A DNA stretch of 64,000 bases from a virus (taxonomy: Duplodnaviria > Heunggongvirae > Uroviricota > Caudoviricetes): IMG/VR virus record IMGVR_UViG_3300013105_000004, positions 13,973 to 77,972 of that record. One strand, given 5' to 3'. The position numbers and the translations under genes are program-made. The notes beneath the pieces are model-generated. The model was not told the origin of the DNA, ran no database searches, and saw only the letters and a program-made list of their open reading frames with translations. This document shows, one piece after another, positions 54,693 to 64,000 of this stretch (position 1 is its first letter; each line of letters starts with the position of its first letter).

Positions 54693-54703
54693 TTCGAATT
54701 TCC

Positions 54704-55162
54704 TTAAAAACTTGGCTTCAATGCCAGTAGAGTATTACCAGTGATGTGTCCGATGTTATCGAATACGTCCCGGCCTGCTTTTGCGAGAGTTGCAGCAGCC
54801 AATTCGAAGCAGAACCACGAATCATCTTCAGTCCAATCGCGATCAGGGGCGATAGCCAAACCGAAGGCTCCCTTGAAGTCGTACTTCTTCCCGACTTGCG
54901 AGCGAGCGAATTCCAGTCCAGCTTCCGCATCCTGCACTTCAAATTCAACCGTCTTGATAACGGTCGAACCTTTCAACGCCTCCGATACAAGGGCGCGGCG
55001 GCAACCGTGTGTCATGGAAGCTTCGATTAGGTAGTCACCGTCTTTTACAAGGCAGTGGGATGCTTCGGCATTCTTGAAACGGCTACGTGGTAGACAGAAG
55101 CGAATAAGCCATGAAGCCGGGTTCCACTTCCGTGTTGTAAAAACTACGGTGATTGTTTGCAT
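54704..55162 (-). CDS. hypothetical protein, possible papain-like Cys peptidase (ASHCLV...H)
   Basis: weak motif similarity only. Confidence 0.35.
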   Translation of the reverse strand: MQTITVVFTTRKWNPASWLIRFCLPRSRFKNAEASHCLVKDGDYLIEASMTHGCRRALVSEALKGSTVIKTVEFEVQDAEAGLEFARSQVGKKYDFKGAFGLAIAPDRDWTEDDSWFCFELAAATLAKAGRDVFDNIGHITGNTLLALKPSF

Positions 55163-55998
55163 TACACTTCCTCGATATCCAGTGTCGCACTGTTACGATT
55201 GAAGTACGGCGTGCTCATAACCGGAGAGGTAACAAGCTTTCCGTACAATTGATTCGCCTGTTCCAGCGTTACGTCCGAGTTATTCGGGTACATGCTGATG
55301 AAGACTGGACGTGCCATGCCGTTACCCCACAAGATGTTCCACATCTTTGCTTTGTCGCTGGCTGATGCCAACCACGGAAGGGAGAACGATTGCTTGCGGT
55401 ACTTCGTTCCAACATCTGTCAGTTGATCGCCGCCGTCGGTACGGTAATGTTTGCTCGTGTCGTTAACGGACATGGTTGCACTCCCTGCCTCTGGTCCAAC
55501 CTCTGGCTCCCAGTAGTCCCCGATCAGTAACCGAGATACTTCGATGTACCCTGCTGTGTTTGTCGTGTCTACGATGTCGATAACAACCTTGGCAACCTGT
55601 GCCGGATTACTGACCCACACTCGTCCGTACGTTCCTCCGCCGTAAGCAAAAGCGTTGACGCCTAGCGGTTGTCCCCATCCCCACAGCCCGAGGGCTGGTG
55701 CAGGGCAGGCGTAGACGGCTCCGGTATCGAACAGAGGCGTAGGGCTTGATGTAGTAGCGTATCCACGGACACGGACGGTGGCTTGAGAAGTCAGGTTGCA
55801 GAACGGCAGGATAACTGCTGCCACTACTTCTGCCGTCGTCCACGTCGCCGTGATTGTCGCTGATGTTGATGTGCTCCGCCAAACAGAACTTTTAATCGTT
55901 CCCTGCATATTTGCAGCTACCAGACTTCCCGCTGTTGAGGAAGCTGATAGCGTTGCACGGTCGGCTGCATTATCGTAAAGAATACGAATGTTTGCCAT
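55162..55998 (-). CDS. virion structural protein (tail-associated)
   Basis: Ser/Thr/Ala-rich beta-type composition, position in late operon. Confidence 0.5.
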   Translation of the reverse strand: MANIRILYDNAADRATLSASSTAGSLVAANMQGTIKSSVWRSTSTSATITATWTTAEVVAAVILPFCNLTSQATVRVRGYATTSSPTPLFDTGAVYACPAPALGLWGWGQPLGVNAFAYGGGTYGRVWVSNPAQVAKVVIDIVDTTNTAGYIEVSRLLIGDYWEPEVGPEAGSATMSVNDTSKHYRTDGGDQLTDVGTKYRKQSFSLPWLASASDKAKMWNILWGNGMARPVFISMYPNNSDVTLEQANQLYGKLVTSPVMSTPYFNRNSATLDIEEV

Positions 55999-56007
55999 TT
56001 GAGTTCC

Positions 56008-56217
56008 TTACCAGTCGAGGATACTTACGTAGTACTCGGCTTTATCTAGCTCGGCAAGCATCTCGTCTTTTTGATCTACGGTGTAAGCTTTGCGGAACGG
56101 GGTCGATGCAATGACCACTCCATCCTTTAGCACTTGGTCCAGCCATTGTGCATTGATTGCACTCTGCTCCGGTAGCACCGTTACTTGATTAAGAACGCGT
56201 TGTTCTGTGAATGCCAT
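56008..56217 (-). CDS. hypothetical protein (69 aa)
   Basis: ORF. Confidence 0.4.
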   Translation of the reverse strand: MAFTEQRVLNQVTVLPEQSAINAQWLDQVLKDGVVIASTPFRKAYTVDQKDEMLAELDKAEYYVSILDW

Positions 56218-56231
56218 AATTTTCCTTTCGA

Positions 56232-57332
56232 TTAAATGTCGTAGTGTCCGGAGAAGGCTACAAAGCCTGATGTGTCCATAGGGAGGCCGACTAGCGCCGT
56301 GTTGCTGCTCTGGTTGTATAGATAACCGTTAGACGACCCTACAGCCATGAAACATACAACACTGCTTCCTGTGTACGTCAGGCCATCCGTTACAATAGAA
56401 AGAACCGGGCGGTTTTGCACGGCACTGTTTGATACAAATGGCATCCCTCCGACGCACATGTTTCCTGTACCGCTGTGCGATGTCCACTGCACGGTCCCGG
56501 CAACAAATACACGGTTCCCGATACGTGTGTAGCGTCCAACTTGGATAGCATACCCTCCTGTACCATTTGTAGTCGTTCCGAGGATAACCGGAGTGAACGT
56601 TCCCTCTTCATACGCATCCAACGTGTTTGGGTCGGACAAAGACACAGCCGTCGATGGGAACGAGATACCTTTTGAAATTTGAAGGTCGCCGCCTCCGGAA
56701 GTAGCCGCTCCCTTTCCAATCAGAAGATTACCGCTGAAATCGATCCTAGCAGCTAATGTCCATGTAATTGCGGCGTCTGCCGCCCCGCTAGCGGCGACGT
56801 TCCACCCGTGACCACTTGAATCTTGCACGTAGAGCGTAGCTGGGCTAGCCGCCTTATACTTGTAGACCCCTCCGATGTAGTACCAGTTCTTTCCTTGATA
56901 AGAGTTGCCATTGAAGTTTGAAGCCATCCATGTTGTCCCCCCTACCTCTAAGAAGCTGAAATCTGTATATACGCCTTTTGGGATAGTCCCGATGCCAACG
57001 CTACCGTTTACATCAGTACGCATTGCTTCCTTCAGGCTAATCGTAGCGCCAGCGGTGCCGAACGGAGCGTAATACCAGACGTGTTGCCCAGATACTTGTC
57101 GATACAGTGACGCAGAATCGCCTGTCCCGTATTTATACGCCCCGCTGCCTGTGTTTACAACGTTAGCTCCAACGTTAATTTCGTTATCGTTGGTTGCCCC
57201 GAACACGCCGTTACCGGCGCGTCCGAGTTCGATAGGCATCATATTTACCCACCAATTATTACTTGGCGAAAGCCCGATAGCCAATGGCCCGGTCAATCCC
57301 AGCAAGTTTGTGTCTAGTGCTGTTTTAGACAT
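56232..57332 (-). CDS. tail fibre-like structural protein (Gly/Ser/Thr-rich)
   Basis: composition and context. Confidence 0.55.
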   Translation of the reverse strand: MSKTALDTNLLGLTGPLAIGLSPSNNWWVNMMPIELGRAGNGVFGATNDNEINVGANVVNTGSGAYKYGTGDSASLYRQVSGQHVWYYAPFGTAGATISLKEAMRTDVNGSVGIGTIPKGVYTDFSFLEVGGTTWMASNFNGNSYQGKNWYYIGGVYKYKAASPATLYVQDSSGHGWNVAASGAADAAITWTLAARIDFSGNLLIGKGAATSGGGDLQISKGISFPSTAVSLSDPNTLDAYEEGTFTPVILGTTTNGTGGYAIQVGRYTRIGNRVFVAGTVQWTSHSGTGNMCVGGMPFVSNSAVQNRPVLSIVTDGLTYTGSSVVCFMAVGSSNGYLYNQSSNTALVGLPMDTSGFVAFSGHYDI

Positions 57333-60174
57333 TCTTTACTCCCATTACACAGATATTATGGTTGAGCGGAATGCTCGAATTGAAGGTGATCGTGTAAGCG
57401 TACCCATCAAACGTCGCCACATAATCGTGACCGTCTGGACGCATCAACATTCCCTGTTGGTACACAGCACGTGGAACAATCCCGGCAGGAACGATAAAGC
57501 TACTTGATACCCCATCCCCTGTGAACCAGTAAGGCACTTGTGTCAGGTTTGAATTGCGGCAAGCATCTGCTACCATTTTCAATTCCGAACGCAACGTCAT
57601 AGCTGGCTGTCCGAATCGTGCTCCCGATGCTCCCGCTGTGATATGCGACCCAGCAGCAGCCGAGATGCTTGTGATACCAGCTACAGATGTAGCAGCGCTT
57701 TCGATACGTTGCAATCCCCGGAACGTAGAACGTCCCCAGCTAGTTCCGACATGCACGCTATCTGTGATATCGTCGTAGCCAACTGCCCCTACTGAGTTCT
57801 GCGTGCCATCGATAGTGCACTGAGCGCCTGCACGGAACAGTTGCAATTCATCACGGTAGATGTGACCGATCTGGTTCGCAGATGGAGCCGTAGCACAGAT
57901 TTTAATCATCGCCAAGCTTGCATTACACGGGTTGATTGTTCCGTTGTAGTAGCATGCGCCGATCTGAAGAACTGCCGACGTGTTGGTCAAATCCCCGACA
58001 GTTGTTGCTACAGTCGAACGCAGCACACCGTCGATGTACAGTTCCAACATAGCTCCACGACGCACCGCTGCCATGTGGACCCACTTGTTAATCGGGTGAG
58101 CGGTAGCCCATTGCGTTAGCGTGGTATTTGTACCATCACTACATGCAAACTGCGGGTATCCGCTGGCATTCGTGTACCAGTTCCAATAAGCCCCAGTCCC
58201 GTTTGACGTTCCTTGCTTGTTGGTGCGCTTAATCATGTCCTTACCGACCAGCGTTGCACCGGAGAAGAACCAGCCCATAACTACGAAGTCCCCCGTCATA
58301 TCAAGCTGGCTGTTGTAAGGCTGCTCTAAGTAGCTGGTAGACGTGAATCCAGAGTAGCCTACGAGTTGTGCTCCCGTGGCAACTGCCGTCTTTGTAATGC
58401 TACCATTAATGCCAAGCCCAACTGGGACCGGAGAACGATCCGCGTCTACCTGCTTACAGGACACGTTATCAATATCAAACAACTCTCCAGAAACCCAGTT
58501 ACTAGCCGACGAGAAGAATAGGTACATCGTTGTCGCCGTAGCCGTGAACTCTGCATACTTCCCGGTTGCTGGTGCGATCCCGATGGTGAAGTTGGTGGCA
58601 TCGACGTTACCCGGAGAGCCTGAGCCAACGTATAGGAAGACATTCTTCCCTGCTGTGTTAGTTACAACGTCCATAAGCACCCGGTAACGCTTGCCTACTA
58701 CACAAGCGACAGGGGTTGACATTCCTTGTCCCGGTCCTGATACCGTCAACCTCAAGGCTCCGTTGACGATGCTCATAGTCCCTCCGCTAGCTGTCCATCC
58801 AGTCGTACTTGTCATCGTACCGTTTGATACCAGCTCTGGAGCTGTAAGAGTCTCTGCCGTTGTATCAGACAGCCACGATGCCATAGCCAATCCCGGCATC
58901 CACCCGCTGTTGTATGAGTTTGAAATGTACGCTACCATCGACTGGGTACGATCTACGGGCGTGTGCTGGATAAGTGACAAGCCATTGTTCCCAGTTGCGA
59001 TTCCGTTCTTCAGCCCTTTGAACTTGGCCACGGATACGTACGGCGTATATGGATAACCATTCGCCACAGCAGGATCACCGTAGATATGCCAGTTGGATGT
59101 AAGGGATGCTGACGATGTTGGGTACTTTGCAGCATTCACTCCGACGTAGATTGCTAGACGGCGATTGTCCGTTCCGAAGTTTCGGATTAGACGCCCTTCA
59201 GATGTCCAGCCGACGTGCGATGCATTTACCGAAGCATTACCTGTTGCGGTGTCATGCGCCGATGTTCCATCTGCCTGAATCACTGTCACGCCGCCTGTCG
59301 TGGCAACTGCCAGAGTCGGCCCCGGAAGTCCCGTTGAAAGATCAATAGGGGCGTCAGGTTGAATTGTTACCGCAATGTGGTTCACGGCCACGCTAAGGAT
59401 TCGACCGTATGCCTCCGTCAGTCCAACAAGGTCATATCCAAGTGCAGCATTACGCTGTGCAATGGAGCCTCGTTGACGGTATAGTCCTCCAGTGTGCAGG
59501 AAGCCAGCATCAGCAATCATACTGAGGCGGCTGATACCGTATGCGCTAGTGCCTACAAAGATCGTTCCGTTTGCGGCACATACGGAACCGACCGTGCTTG
59601 AGGCTCCATACAGCAAGTTTGAAACGCCTTGCGTGAACACCATCCACATCGGCAGGGATTGCTGTGTTGCATCGTAGATTACGAGACGTGCAGCCTCAAC
59701 AACGATCAAGGCTACGGCAGGGAATTCACGAGTGTTCCCACGGTAGATGAAGTCGCTACGCTCCGTTCCAACTGTTCCAGCAAGCACTCGGAATGATCCG
59801 TCACCGCTGTAGAAGTAGTAATCTCCGATGACGCCGCCCGCTGCCAGTGCTGCAACAGTCCCGGCCTGAGTACCGAGCCACTTGCCCGGTTGTACCGTTT
59901 CGTTATACCAGCTAGTGTGAGCGCAGCGTTTCCGCCAAGCGCCTGCATCACTATCCTTGCTGGTGTCATACAGGAACGCGTCTACAACTGCGCCTGTGTG
60001 GAAAGCCTGAACAATCGCAAGCAATGATTCTCGCGAGTCTGCCGCTGCTTGTGCACTTGCTGCTGCTGCGTCGGCATACGCCTTCACGCTCGACGTGCTG
60101 GTCGTTACCAGATCATCCATCGCATTCAGTTGGACGATGTAGTCTTTCTGGCCGTAGTAGAACCGTGTTGACAT
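57325..60174 (-). CDS. large tail fibre/tail spike protein (949 aa)
   Basis: size, Gly/Thr/Ser-rich repeats, context. Confidence 0.6.
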   Translation of the reverse strand: MSTRFYYGQKDYIVQLNAMDDLVTTSTSSVKAYADAAAASAQAAADSRESLLAIVQAFHTGAVVDAFLYDTSKDSDAGAWRKRCAHTSWYNETVQPGKWLGTQAGTVAALAAGGVIGDYYFYSGDGSFRVLAGTVGTERSDFIYRGNTREFPAVALIVVEAARLVIYDATQQSLPMWMVFTQGVSNLLYGASSTVGSVCAANGTIFVGTSAYGISRLSMIADAGFLHTGGLYRQRGSIAQRNAALGYDLVGLTEAYGRILSVAVNHIAVTIQPDAPIDLSTGLPGPTLAVATTGGVTVIQADGTSAHDTATGNASVNASHVGWTSEGRLIRNFGTDNRRLAIYVGVNAAKYPTSSASLTSNWHIYGDPAVANGYPYTPYVSVAKFKGLKNGIATGNNGLSLIQHTPVDRTQSMVAYISNSYNSGWMPGLAMASWLSDTTAETLTAPELVSNGTMTSTTGWTASGGTMSIVNGALRLTVSGPGQGMSTPVACVVGKRYRVLMDVVTNTAGKNVFLYVGSGSPGNVDATNFTIGIAPATGKYAEFTATATTMYLFFSSASNWVSGELFDIDNVSCKQVDADRSPVPVGLGINGSITKTAVATGAQLVGYSGFTSTSYLEQPYNSQLDMTGDFVVMGWFFSGATLVGKDMIKRTNKQGTSNGTGAYWNWYTNASGYPQFACSDGTNTTLTQWATAHPINKWVHMAAVRRGAMLELYIDGVLRSTVATTVGDLTNTSAVLQIGACYYNGTINPCNASLAMIKICATAPSANQIGHIYRDELQLFRAGAQCTIDGTQNSVGAVGYDDITDSVHVGTSWGRSTFRGLQRIESAATSVAGITSISAAAGSHITAGASGARFGQPAMTLRSELKMVADACRNSNLTQVPYWFTGDGVSSSFIVPAGIVPRAVYQQGMLMRPDGHDYVATFDGYAYTITFNSSIPLNHNICVMGVKNV

Positions 60175-60220
60175 AAAAACCTTTCGTAGTGCTTCTTACT
60201 GTGTTATAATCATAGGTAGG

Positions 60221-60249
60221 ATTATAGCATCCATCCTCCTATACGTCAA
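60221..60249 (-). promoter_or_regulatory. promoter on - strand TTGACG-17-TATAAT
   Basis: read from reverse complement. Confidence 0.6.
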
Positions 60250-60275
60250 GAAAAAGAGCCTCCCGAGGGAGGCTC
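60249..60275 (-). terminator. Rho-independent terminator (GAGCCTCCC-TCG-GGGAGGCTC + TTTTTCTT on - strand)
   Basis: perfect 9-bp stem + T-run. Confidence 0.8.
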
Positions 60276-60285
60276 GTAGTGTTAC

Positions 60286-63200
60286 TTATCCACAATGGTA
60301 CGTGCACGCAATCATCTTAACCTCGTCCGGGGACGAGAATGTAACGCTTTCACGGGCCTTTGCTACTGTGTAATTTCTGAGAATATCATCGCCTTGGCGC
60401 ATCCCTTTACCCGGTGTGCTTGATGTCGTGATGTAGTCGCCCGCTTCAATATCCCCATTTTCACCGCAGACATTAACCTGCCCCTCTCCCAACGAGTTGA
60501 TAATCCCGCGTCTATACTTACTTGCGATTTCGTCAAAGTCATCACACGGCCTTCCTTCTAATTGTGGCCCTTCTAGCAGAAGGAAGGTTGAGTTGTCTAT
60601 CAAGGCCGCTGGAGGATTAATAGAGACAAGATCGATGGCCCTAACAAACACTCCAATCACATTCTTTTGACAAGGCACAGACGAAACGCCAATGGCTGCT
60701 ATCGTGTTGGATACATTCGAGCGCCTAACTACTTCAACGTCTACCATGATGTCTCCGATTTCCGGCTCTGATGAGTCTTTAAGCAGCAACCCGTCGTGGG
60801 AGCCGGTAAATGGGCCGTAGTTTGGACCGCTTCCTGTGGCGTAAAAGTCATACCCGTTGGAAGCTCCTACCACACCCTCCGCCCCGTACGTTCCGTTTGT
60901 GCATTTGAGCGCATCAGTCTGAGAGTATGCGTACCCCCTGATACTCGGAGTTCCGCCTTCGCTCCACGCCCTGACGGCGGGCACACTGGGATAGTCGGAA
61001 TTGTCAGCATCAACGTTACCAGCTTGAATATTGTCAATCCATACCAGTCCCCCGGCTTGAATCTCGACAGCCCTTCCTGAAGGGGTATGCCCGGTCCCAG
61101 CCTCGAATGTAACACCCTCCAACGTCCCAGCCGATACCTGCCCTGCATTGACAGTTCCTGCGTAGACTACGCCAGCAGCTAACGTTCCCGCTGTAATCTT
61201 GGAAGCGGCTAGATCGGAGATGTAAGTACTCCCAATTGCCCCAGAAGAAATCAGCCCGTTAATATTAGAAGCCGTGATCTGGCCTGCAACGTCCCATCCG
61301 AGTGTTGCACCCCTAGTTGCATTATCTTCCGGTTTACCTGTTCCTGAGATTGAACTCCAAACGTTTACGCTAGAAGCTGCCACTCCATTTACAGTTCCCG
61401 TTACGTTTCCAGCAAACGCTACGTTCGCACTTGGGCGGTAAGGGTTTTCAGCAGCCATAGAAGGCTTTACGAGTGTAGACTTAATAACCCCGGCAGAGTT
61501 GATATCTTTATCGACCGACCTGTAAGCCAGCACTCCGAACGTCGTGTATAAGTTAGCTGCAACACCGAACAAGATAAACGCCCGCTTATTAGCTGGAACA
61601 GTGTAAACTGTTTCAGCCGCTACAGACGTTCCGAACGTATACGCCGAACTAGATGCAGACTGGTAGACGTAGATTTGAAATCCGTCAATGTCCCCTTCAG
61701 TTCCAGCCCACGCCCATTCAAATGAGATGTCGGCCGATCCATCTGTCCGCAGCGTGTGATCCACTGCTGAACCGTCAGATAAGATAGTAGGGGCAGTAAT
61801 TGCCGCACCGTTGCGGTCGTTGGATGCATTGAAGTTCGTGGCTGCTGTTGCTACTGTGTCTGCTGCTACACCGGATACTAGGGTTCCAGATGGGGCTCCT
61901 ACGGTAGACGATGCGACCCACGCCCCGGCGATCTTCTGATACAGCGTGGAGTTGTCTGTAGCGTAGTAAAAGTCCCCATTACTTCCGGTCGGACGGGATA
62001 GCAGAATACCTTGCGTGGTCGCGTTAGCTGTCGCATTAAGTGCACCCGAGTACCCGAGCCCTGTTATAGTTACAGCTCCGCCACCCGCCCCGGACAGCGT
62101 TCCGTTGCTAGACAGCGAAATTGCCGAGTTGAGCGTGCCAGCAGCAGCGTACGCTGGGTTCAGCGATGTTCCGCTGGAAAGGATCGTGTTTCCACTTGAA
62201 TCCTTAATTGTGATCGCCTTCATCGTAGCGTTGCCGCTCGCGTCTACAGTGAAGTTTCCATTGGCACTGCTAATTGTCCCGGAGACATTCAGCGTTCCCG
62301 TGTTAGTTGTGATAGCCGACAAACTTCCGACCTTCAGGTTGCTAAGGTAAGGAACACTCCAGACAGTCGTATTTGAAATCGGGTTGTACAAACCGTTGGA
62401 CTGAAACACAGCCTGCCCTGCTGCTGCTGTTGGCACTGTCGTGGTCCACGCACGCGTCTCTCCCCATGTTCCCGTTGTAGGCAGTGTTGTTCCTGCTGTC
62501 GTAGCTGTCGCTGGAGTAAGGTTAAGACTGCTACCATCAATCAACGTGTATGCAATTGCTGCTGATCCACCATTCAAGGCCATGTAACCAATTGCGGATA
62601 CGGTTGCTGTAGTCCAGTCAATGCTGCTTGTCGTCGCACCTGTCGCGTCAAGCAACCCCACACTCGCTTCATACAACGTGTAACCAAGCGCTGGAGCGTC
62701 CGTTTTGTTTTTCGTCCAGCCGGTTGCAGGAACCGTGTTGTAAGTGCCTGTAGCCCACGTCCACGTTGCTGTACCAGTCGTTGTAGGGGCTGTGGCGGCC
62801 CATTGGTATGCTCGTGCTGTAGCCGTTTTCACGCCCGGTGCACCCGTAGCGCCTGTAGCCCCGTTCTGCGAGATTGCTGACATCGTGGCACCAGCCGTGT
62901 ACGTGATATCAAGCGTTTGCACGCCGGATGGTGAACTCACAGATTTTTGAGTCACCCACAACTGAATCCCCGGCGTCCCCGGATTGGTCGGTACAGAGAT
63001 GAACCAGTTGTCAGTCCCCACGTAAGAAGTGTTCGCCCCTGTGTTCCACGACAACGTAGAAGTCCCCGTTGGGAGCGCTGGTTGCGCCGTAGACCACTTG
63101 TAGAGGTAAGCCGTGGCATACTGTGCACCCGCTGGACCCGGTTGTCCAACGGCTCCGTCTTGCACCTTCGAGATTACCTGCGTTGCTGTATACGTTTGCC

Positions 63201-63522
63201 CTAGGTCTGTAATACTTGCTGTCAGAGTGAACGAATCAATCTGCATATTAGCAAACGTAAGTTCTGCACTATTGCCGTTTGTAGTCAGCGTTACTCCGCC
63301 TGCCCCGGTGGGGACGCCAGTAGAGAACGTTACCGTGCCACCGCCGATATTAACAGGGGTCGCACGGATATTGATCTTCAATGGCGTAGGGCTTCCATCT
63401 GTTCCTACGTGGAAGAATGGCGTATCAACTGCCAGCACGAGGTATTTATTCGCACGCGGATCGACAGAGCGTTGTGCTGCTTGAAGCATTACATCACGGT
63501 CGTTCTGAATTGTGACTGTCAT
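60286..63522 (-). CDS. very large tail fibre/tail spike protein (1078 aa)
   Basis: Thr/Gly/Ala/Ser-rich repetitive beta-structure composition; C-terminal globular domain with Cys. Confidence 0.6.
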   Translation of the reverse strand: MTVTIQNDRDVMLQAAQRSVDPRANKYLVLAVDTPFFHVGTDGSPTPLKINIRATPVNIGGGTVTFSTGVPTGAGGVTLTTNGNSAELTFANMQIDSFTLTASITDLGQTYTATQVISKVQDGAVGQPGPAGAQYATAYLYKWSTAQPALPTGTSTLSWNTGANTSYVGTDNWFISVPTNPGTPGIQLWVTQKSVSSPSGVQTLDITYTAGATMSAISQNGATGATGAPGVKTATARAYQWAATAPTTTGTATWTWATGTYNTVPATGWTKNKTDAPALGYTLYEASVGLLDATGATTSSIDWTTATVSAIGYMALNGGSAAIAYTLIDGSSLNLTPATATTAGTTLPTTGTWGETRAWTTTVPTAAAGQAVFQSNGLYNPISNTTVWSVPYLSNLKVGSLSAITTNTGTLNVSGTISSANGNFTVDASGNATMKAITIKDSSGNTILSSGTSLNPAYAAAGTLNSAISLSSNGTLSGAGGGAVTITGLGYSGALNATANATTQGILLSRPTGSNGDFYYATDNSTLYQKIAGAWVASSTVGAPSGTLVSGVAADTVATAATNFNASNDRNGAAITAPTILSDGSAVDHTLRTDGSADISFEWAWAGTEGDIDGFQIYVYQSASSSAYTFGTSVAAETVYTVPANKRAFILFGVAANLYTTFGVLAYRSVDKDINSAGVIKSTLVKPSMAAENPYRPSANVAFAGNVTGTVNGVAASSVNVWSSISGTGKPEDNATRGATLGWDVAGQITASNINGLISSGAIGSTYISDLAASKITAGTLAAGVVYAGTVNAGQVSAGTLEGVTFEAGTGHTPSGRAVEIQAGGLVWIDNIQAGNVDADNSDYPSVPAVRAWSEGGTPSIRGYAYSQTDALKCTNGTYGAEGVVGASNGYDFYATGSGPNYGPFTGSHDGLLLKDSSEPEIGDIMVDVEVVRRSNVSNTIAAIGVSSVPCQKNVIGVFVRAIDLVSINPPAALIDNSTFLLLEGPQLEGRPCDDFDEIASKYRRGIINSLGEGQVNVCGENGDIEAGDYITTSSTPGKGMRQGDDILRNYTVAKARESVTFSSPDEVKMIACTYHCG

Positions 63523-63531
63523 TCTTTATCC

Positions 63532-63990
63532 TTATACAAGAACCCCGACCGTAACGTGACCGTTCAACCAATTCGGAGTGAGTGATACCACGATACCTGT
63601 CTTACCGTTCTGTAGTCCGAATCGGCGGTTCGTGATTGTAATTGCGCTTCCCAGTTCCAGCGACGATAGCAAATCGGCAGTACCTTCAAATTCGAACACA
63701 GTGCGAGCTACCTTCCAGATGTCGAGCTGACGCTGGGCTTCAACTTGGGCATCGACACGACGCAACAGCATTGTGTCCTGTTGGACCGGAGCCGCGTTAA
63801 GTTTGTATGCTGCCTGAACTTCCGTAGACGTTGCCGTGGCCGTCAGCCACTCTTGCCCGAACAGACGCTTATGCTCGTCAGGGATATTCGTTAGAAGCCC
63901 TTCCTGAACCGTCCAGTTCTTGTTGAATCCGATTTTCACGGCCGACTTCACCAGCGGGCGGGACTTGATCTTCAGCGAGCGTTCCACCAT
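63532..63990 (-). CDS. structural protein (152 aa)
   Basis: ORF with start at 63990 near window edge. Confidence 0.45.
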   Translation of the reverse strand: MVERSLKIKSRPLVKSAVKIGFNKNWTVQEGLLTNIPDEHKRLFGQEWLTATATSTEVQAAYKLNAAPVQQDTMLLRRVDAQVEAQRQLDIWKVARTVFEFEGTADLLSSLELGSAITITNRRFGLQNGKTGIVVSLTPNWLNGHVTVGVLV

Positions 63991-64000
63991 TTGTTCCGGA

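Noticed and set aside
60286-63522. Possible C-terminal intramolecular-chaperone (peptidase S74) domain in the 1078-aa tail fibre
   Set aside because: The C-terminal domain is globular and Cys-containing, but I could not match the Ser-Lys catalytic dyad motif by eye. It needs an HMM search.
1-64000. CRISPR arrays, integrase/transposase genes, prophage att sites
   Set aside because: No regular repeat-spacer pattern and no recombinase-like ORF was seen. The repeats present are palindromes or operator-like, not CRISPR-like.

Overview
This 64 kb window appears to be a contiguous piece of a tailed-phage genome (about 55% GC) with no sign of host chromosome. The coding density is high, sigma70-like TTGACA-N17-TAnnnT promoters recur, and a conserved CAACCAACCAAGGAGA leader precedes many genes.

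The window breaks into seven blocks:

1. 1-4142 (+): an early module. It carries an HD-domain (p)ppGpp-hydrolase-like protein, an RtcB RNA ligase, a lipoprotein and several small membrane peptides.
2. 4143-5599: a 1.4 kb non-coding divergent region. It holds a terminator, an AT-rich tract and about 12 copies of a GGCC-N3-GGCC palindrome.
3. 5600-12536 (-): an early operon of small proteins, including an ArdA-like anti-restriction protein. Its genes are separated by a conserved hairpin + GCTGATTAGC intercistronic element.
4. 12537-16996: a low-coding region. It contains at least six perfect DnaA boxes (TTATCCACA), further palindromes, two diverged ~80 bp direct repeats, and three minus-strand genes of unknown function lying between those repeats.
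5. 16997-52638 (+): the replication and nucleotide-metabolism block. It encodes DNA ligase, an Rnl2-like RNA ligase, a SleB-like hydrolase, ThyX, a T7-gp4-like primase-helicase, a UvrD-like helicase, family A DNA polymerase, an SPFH lipoprotein, tRNA-Arg(UCU), SSB, a FEN/5'-3' exonuclease, HNH, a metallophosphatase, MazG, a probable class II ribonucleotide reductase (RNR), GIY-YIG, NrdH, a SLOG protein, a Prs-like plus NAMPT-like pair consistent with an Adps/Namat NAD+ reconstitution pathway (NARP1), a vWA protein, two HNH-AP2 homing endonucleases and a TARG1-like macrodomain.
6. 52641-52678: a convergent terminator.
7. 52703-63990 (-): the late genes. These are endonuclease VII, a holin-like protein, a GH108 endolysin, a spanin-like protein and large tail fibre/spike proteins.

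No CRISPR array, integrase or transposase was seen.

The observations most worth follow-up are:
- the DnaA-box cluster, a candidate origin;
- the GGCC-palindrome array;
- the repeat-flanked three-gene module;
- an NAD+/ADP-ribose-centred counter-defence island (SLOG, Adps-like, Namat-like, macrodomain);
- a tRNA-repair/alarmone-hydrolase module (SAH with RtcB, plus RNA ligase).
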